A stretch of DNA of 63,633 bases, filler included, from Squatina squatina (lineage: Eukaryota): assembly GCA_031763465.1 (NCBI GenBank). It is 3 parts of 3 records of this genome, joined end to end, with 100 filler letters (N's around TTAATTAATTAA, not from the genome) between each part and the next. Parts side by side here need not be neighbours in the genome. Positions count along the whole stretch, not along the records: positions 52,019 to 63,633 come from JARFOE010135941.1; 2 more parts are not named here. One strand, given 5' to 3'. Position 1 is the stretch's first letter. Every line of letters begins with the position of its first letter. Positions 62,450-63,633 of the stretch are shown in pieces. The position numbers were made by a program, and so were the translations under genes. The notes beneath the pieces are model-generated. The model did no database searches and was not told the origin of the DNA. It saw only the letters and a program-made list of their open reading frames with translations.

Positions 62450-63180
62450 CATTCCCTCTCTCAGCATCCCAGGGCATGTTCTGTTCCATCCAAACAGAGG
62501 CGGGGCTGCAGTGATTCTGTGTGAGTGAACTTCGAGAGCTCAACATTGACTCCAGACTCCAAGAAGTCTCATGGCTTCAGGTCAAACATAGGCAAGGGAA
62601 CCTCATGCTGAGTTGTCAATGTGACACTTCATCAAGTGATGATTCAGTACTCCTCCATCCGGAACACAACTTAAAAGAAGCACTGAGAAGAGCAAGTGCA
62701 CAGAATGGGCTCTGGGTTGGAGACGTCAATGACTTTCATCAAGAGTCAGTTGGTAGCACCACTACTATGTGAGCTGGCCAAGGGCTGCAGGAGCAAGCTA
62801 CCACCATAGGCCTGCTGCAGCTGCTGGGAGAATCAACTCGAGGTAAAAGCTACTTGCTTTCGGCCTCACCAATCTACCTGTCGCAGCTCACTCTGCTCAT
62901 ATTAGCATTGGTAAGATTGACCACCACACAGTCCTTGTGGTGGTAAAGTCCCGTCTTCACACTGAAGACGCCCACCACCGTGCTAAATGTGATAGATTCA
63001 GTGCAAATGTAGCAGGTTATAAATACACATTCCTGAGACATGGTGGTCTGTCAGCATCAGCAGAGTTATATTCCACCACAACCTGTAACCTCGTGGCCCA
63101 GCATTTTCCTCACTGTACTATTACTATCAAGCCAGGGGACCAGCTCTGGTTCAATGAGAATTATAGAAGAGCAGGCAAAC
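62450..63180 (+). mobile_element. LINE ORF2 endonuclease fragment, degenerate
   Basis: EVSWLQVKHRQGNLML, LWVGDVN, DHHTVLV, IKPGDQLWFNE motifs. Confidence 0.75.
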
Positions 63181-63189
63181 AGCAGAACA

Positions 63190-63633
63190 TGGAAACATAG
63201 AAACATAGAAAATAGGTGCAGGAGTAGGCCATTCGGCCCATCGAGCCTGCACCACCATTCAACACGATCATGGCTGATCAGTACCCCGTACCTGCTTTCT
63301 CTCGATATCCCCGGATCCCTTTCGTCGTATGGGCCACATCTAACTCCCTTTTGAATGTCGCCAATGAACTGTCCTCAACAGCTTCCTGTGGTAGAGAGCT
63401 CCACATGTTCACCACTCTCTGGGTGAAAACATTTTTCCTCATCTCAGTCCTAAATGGTTTCCCTCTTATCCTCAAACTGTGCCCCTGTTTCTGGACTTCC
63501 CCAACATCGGGAACATTCTTCCCGAATCTAGCCTGTCCAATCCCTTAAGAATTTTGTATGTTTCCATAAGATCCCCTCTCATTCTTCTAAATTCCAGTGA
63601 ATATAAGCCTAGTCGATCCAATCTTTCTTCATA
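63190..63633 (-). mobile_element. CR1 LINE 3' end, continuing beyond the window
   Basis: LRIRGKPFRTEMRKNVFTQRVVNMWSSLPQ; tail reads (catagaaa)n on the + strand. Confidence 0.9.

Overview
Vertebrate genomic DNA, very probably from a cartilaginous fish (shark-type CR1/L2 LINEs, DeuSINE-like SINEs, intact TPC3 exons, a GPR139-like receptor). The assembly is highly fragmented: ~1-2 kb contigs separated by 100-N gaps. The window is three pieces joined by artificial N44-TTAATTAATTAA-N44 linkers. Block 1 (1-31702) carries exons of CNNM2(-), WBP1L(-), SFXN2(-), ARL3(+) and TRIM8(-), the human 10q24 order reversed. Block 2 (31803-51918) carries exons of ACOXL(-), BUB1(+) and TPCN3(-), the human 2q13 neighbourhood. 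Block 3 (52019-63633) has decayed CR1 LINEs and one complete two-exon GPR139-like GPCR. The strongest novel signal is a frameshifted TRIM8 C-terminus, with the human-like tail still readable in the -1 frame. Other notable signals: Ser->Gly at a predicted Mg2+-ligand of CNNM2, a U12 AT-AC donor in TPCN3, BUB1 lacking the KEN boxes, a polyQ/extra N-terminal exon of ACOXL, and a 149-bp near-perfect inverted repeat. I see no evidence for a multi-gene novel system. Gene identities rest on my recall of human/vertebrate proteins, not on database searches, and repeat boundaries are approximate.
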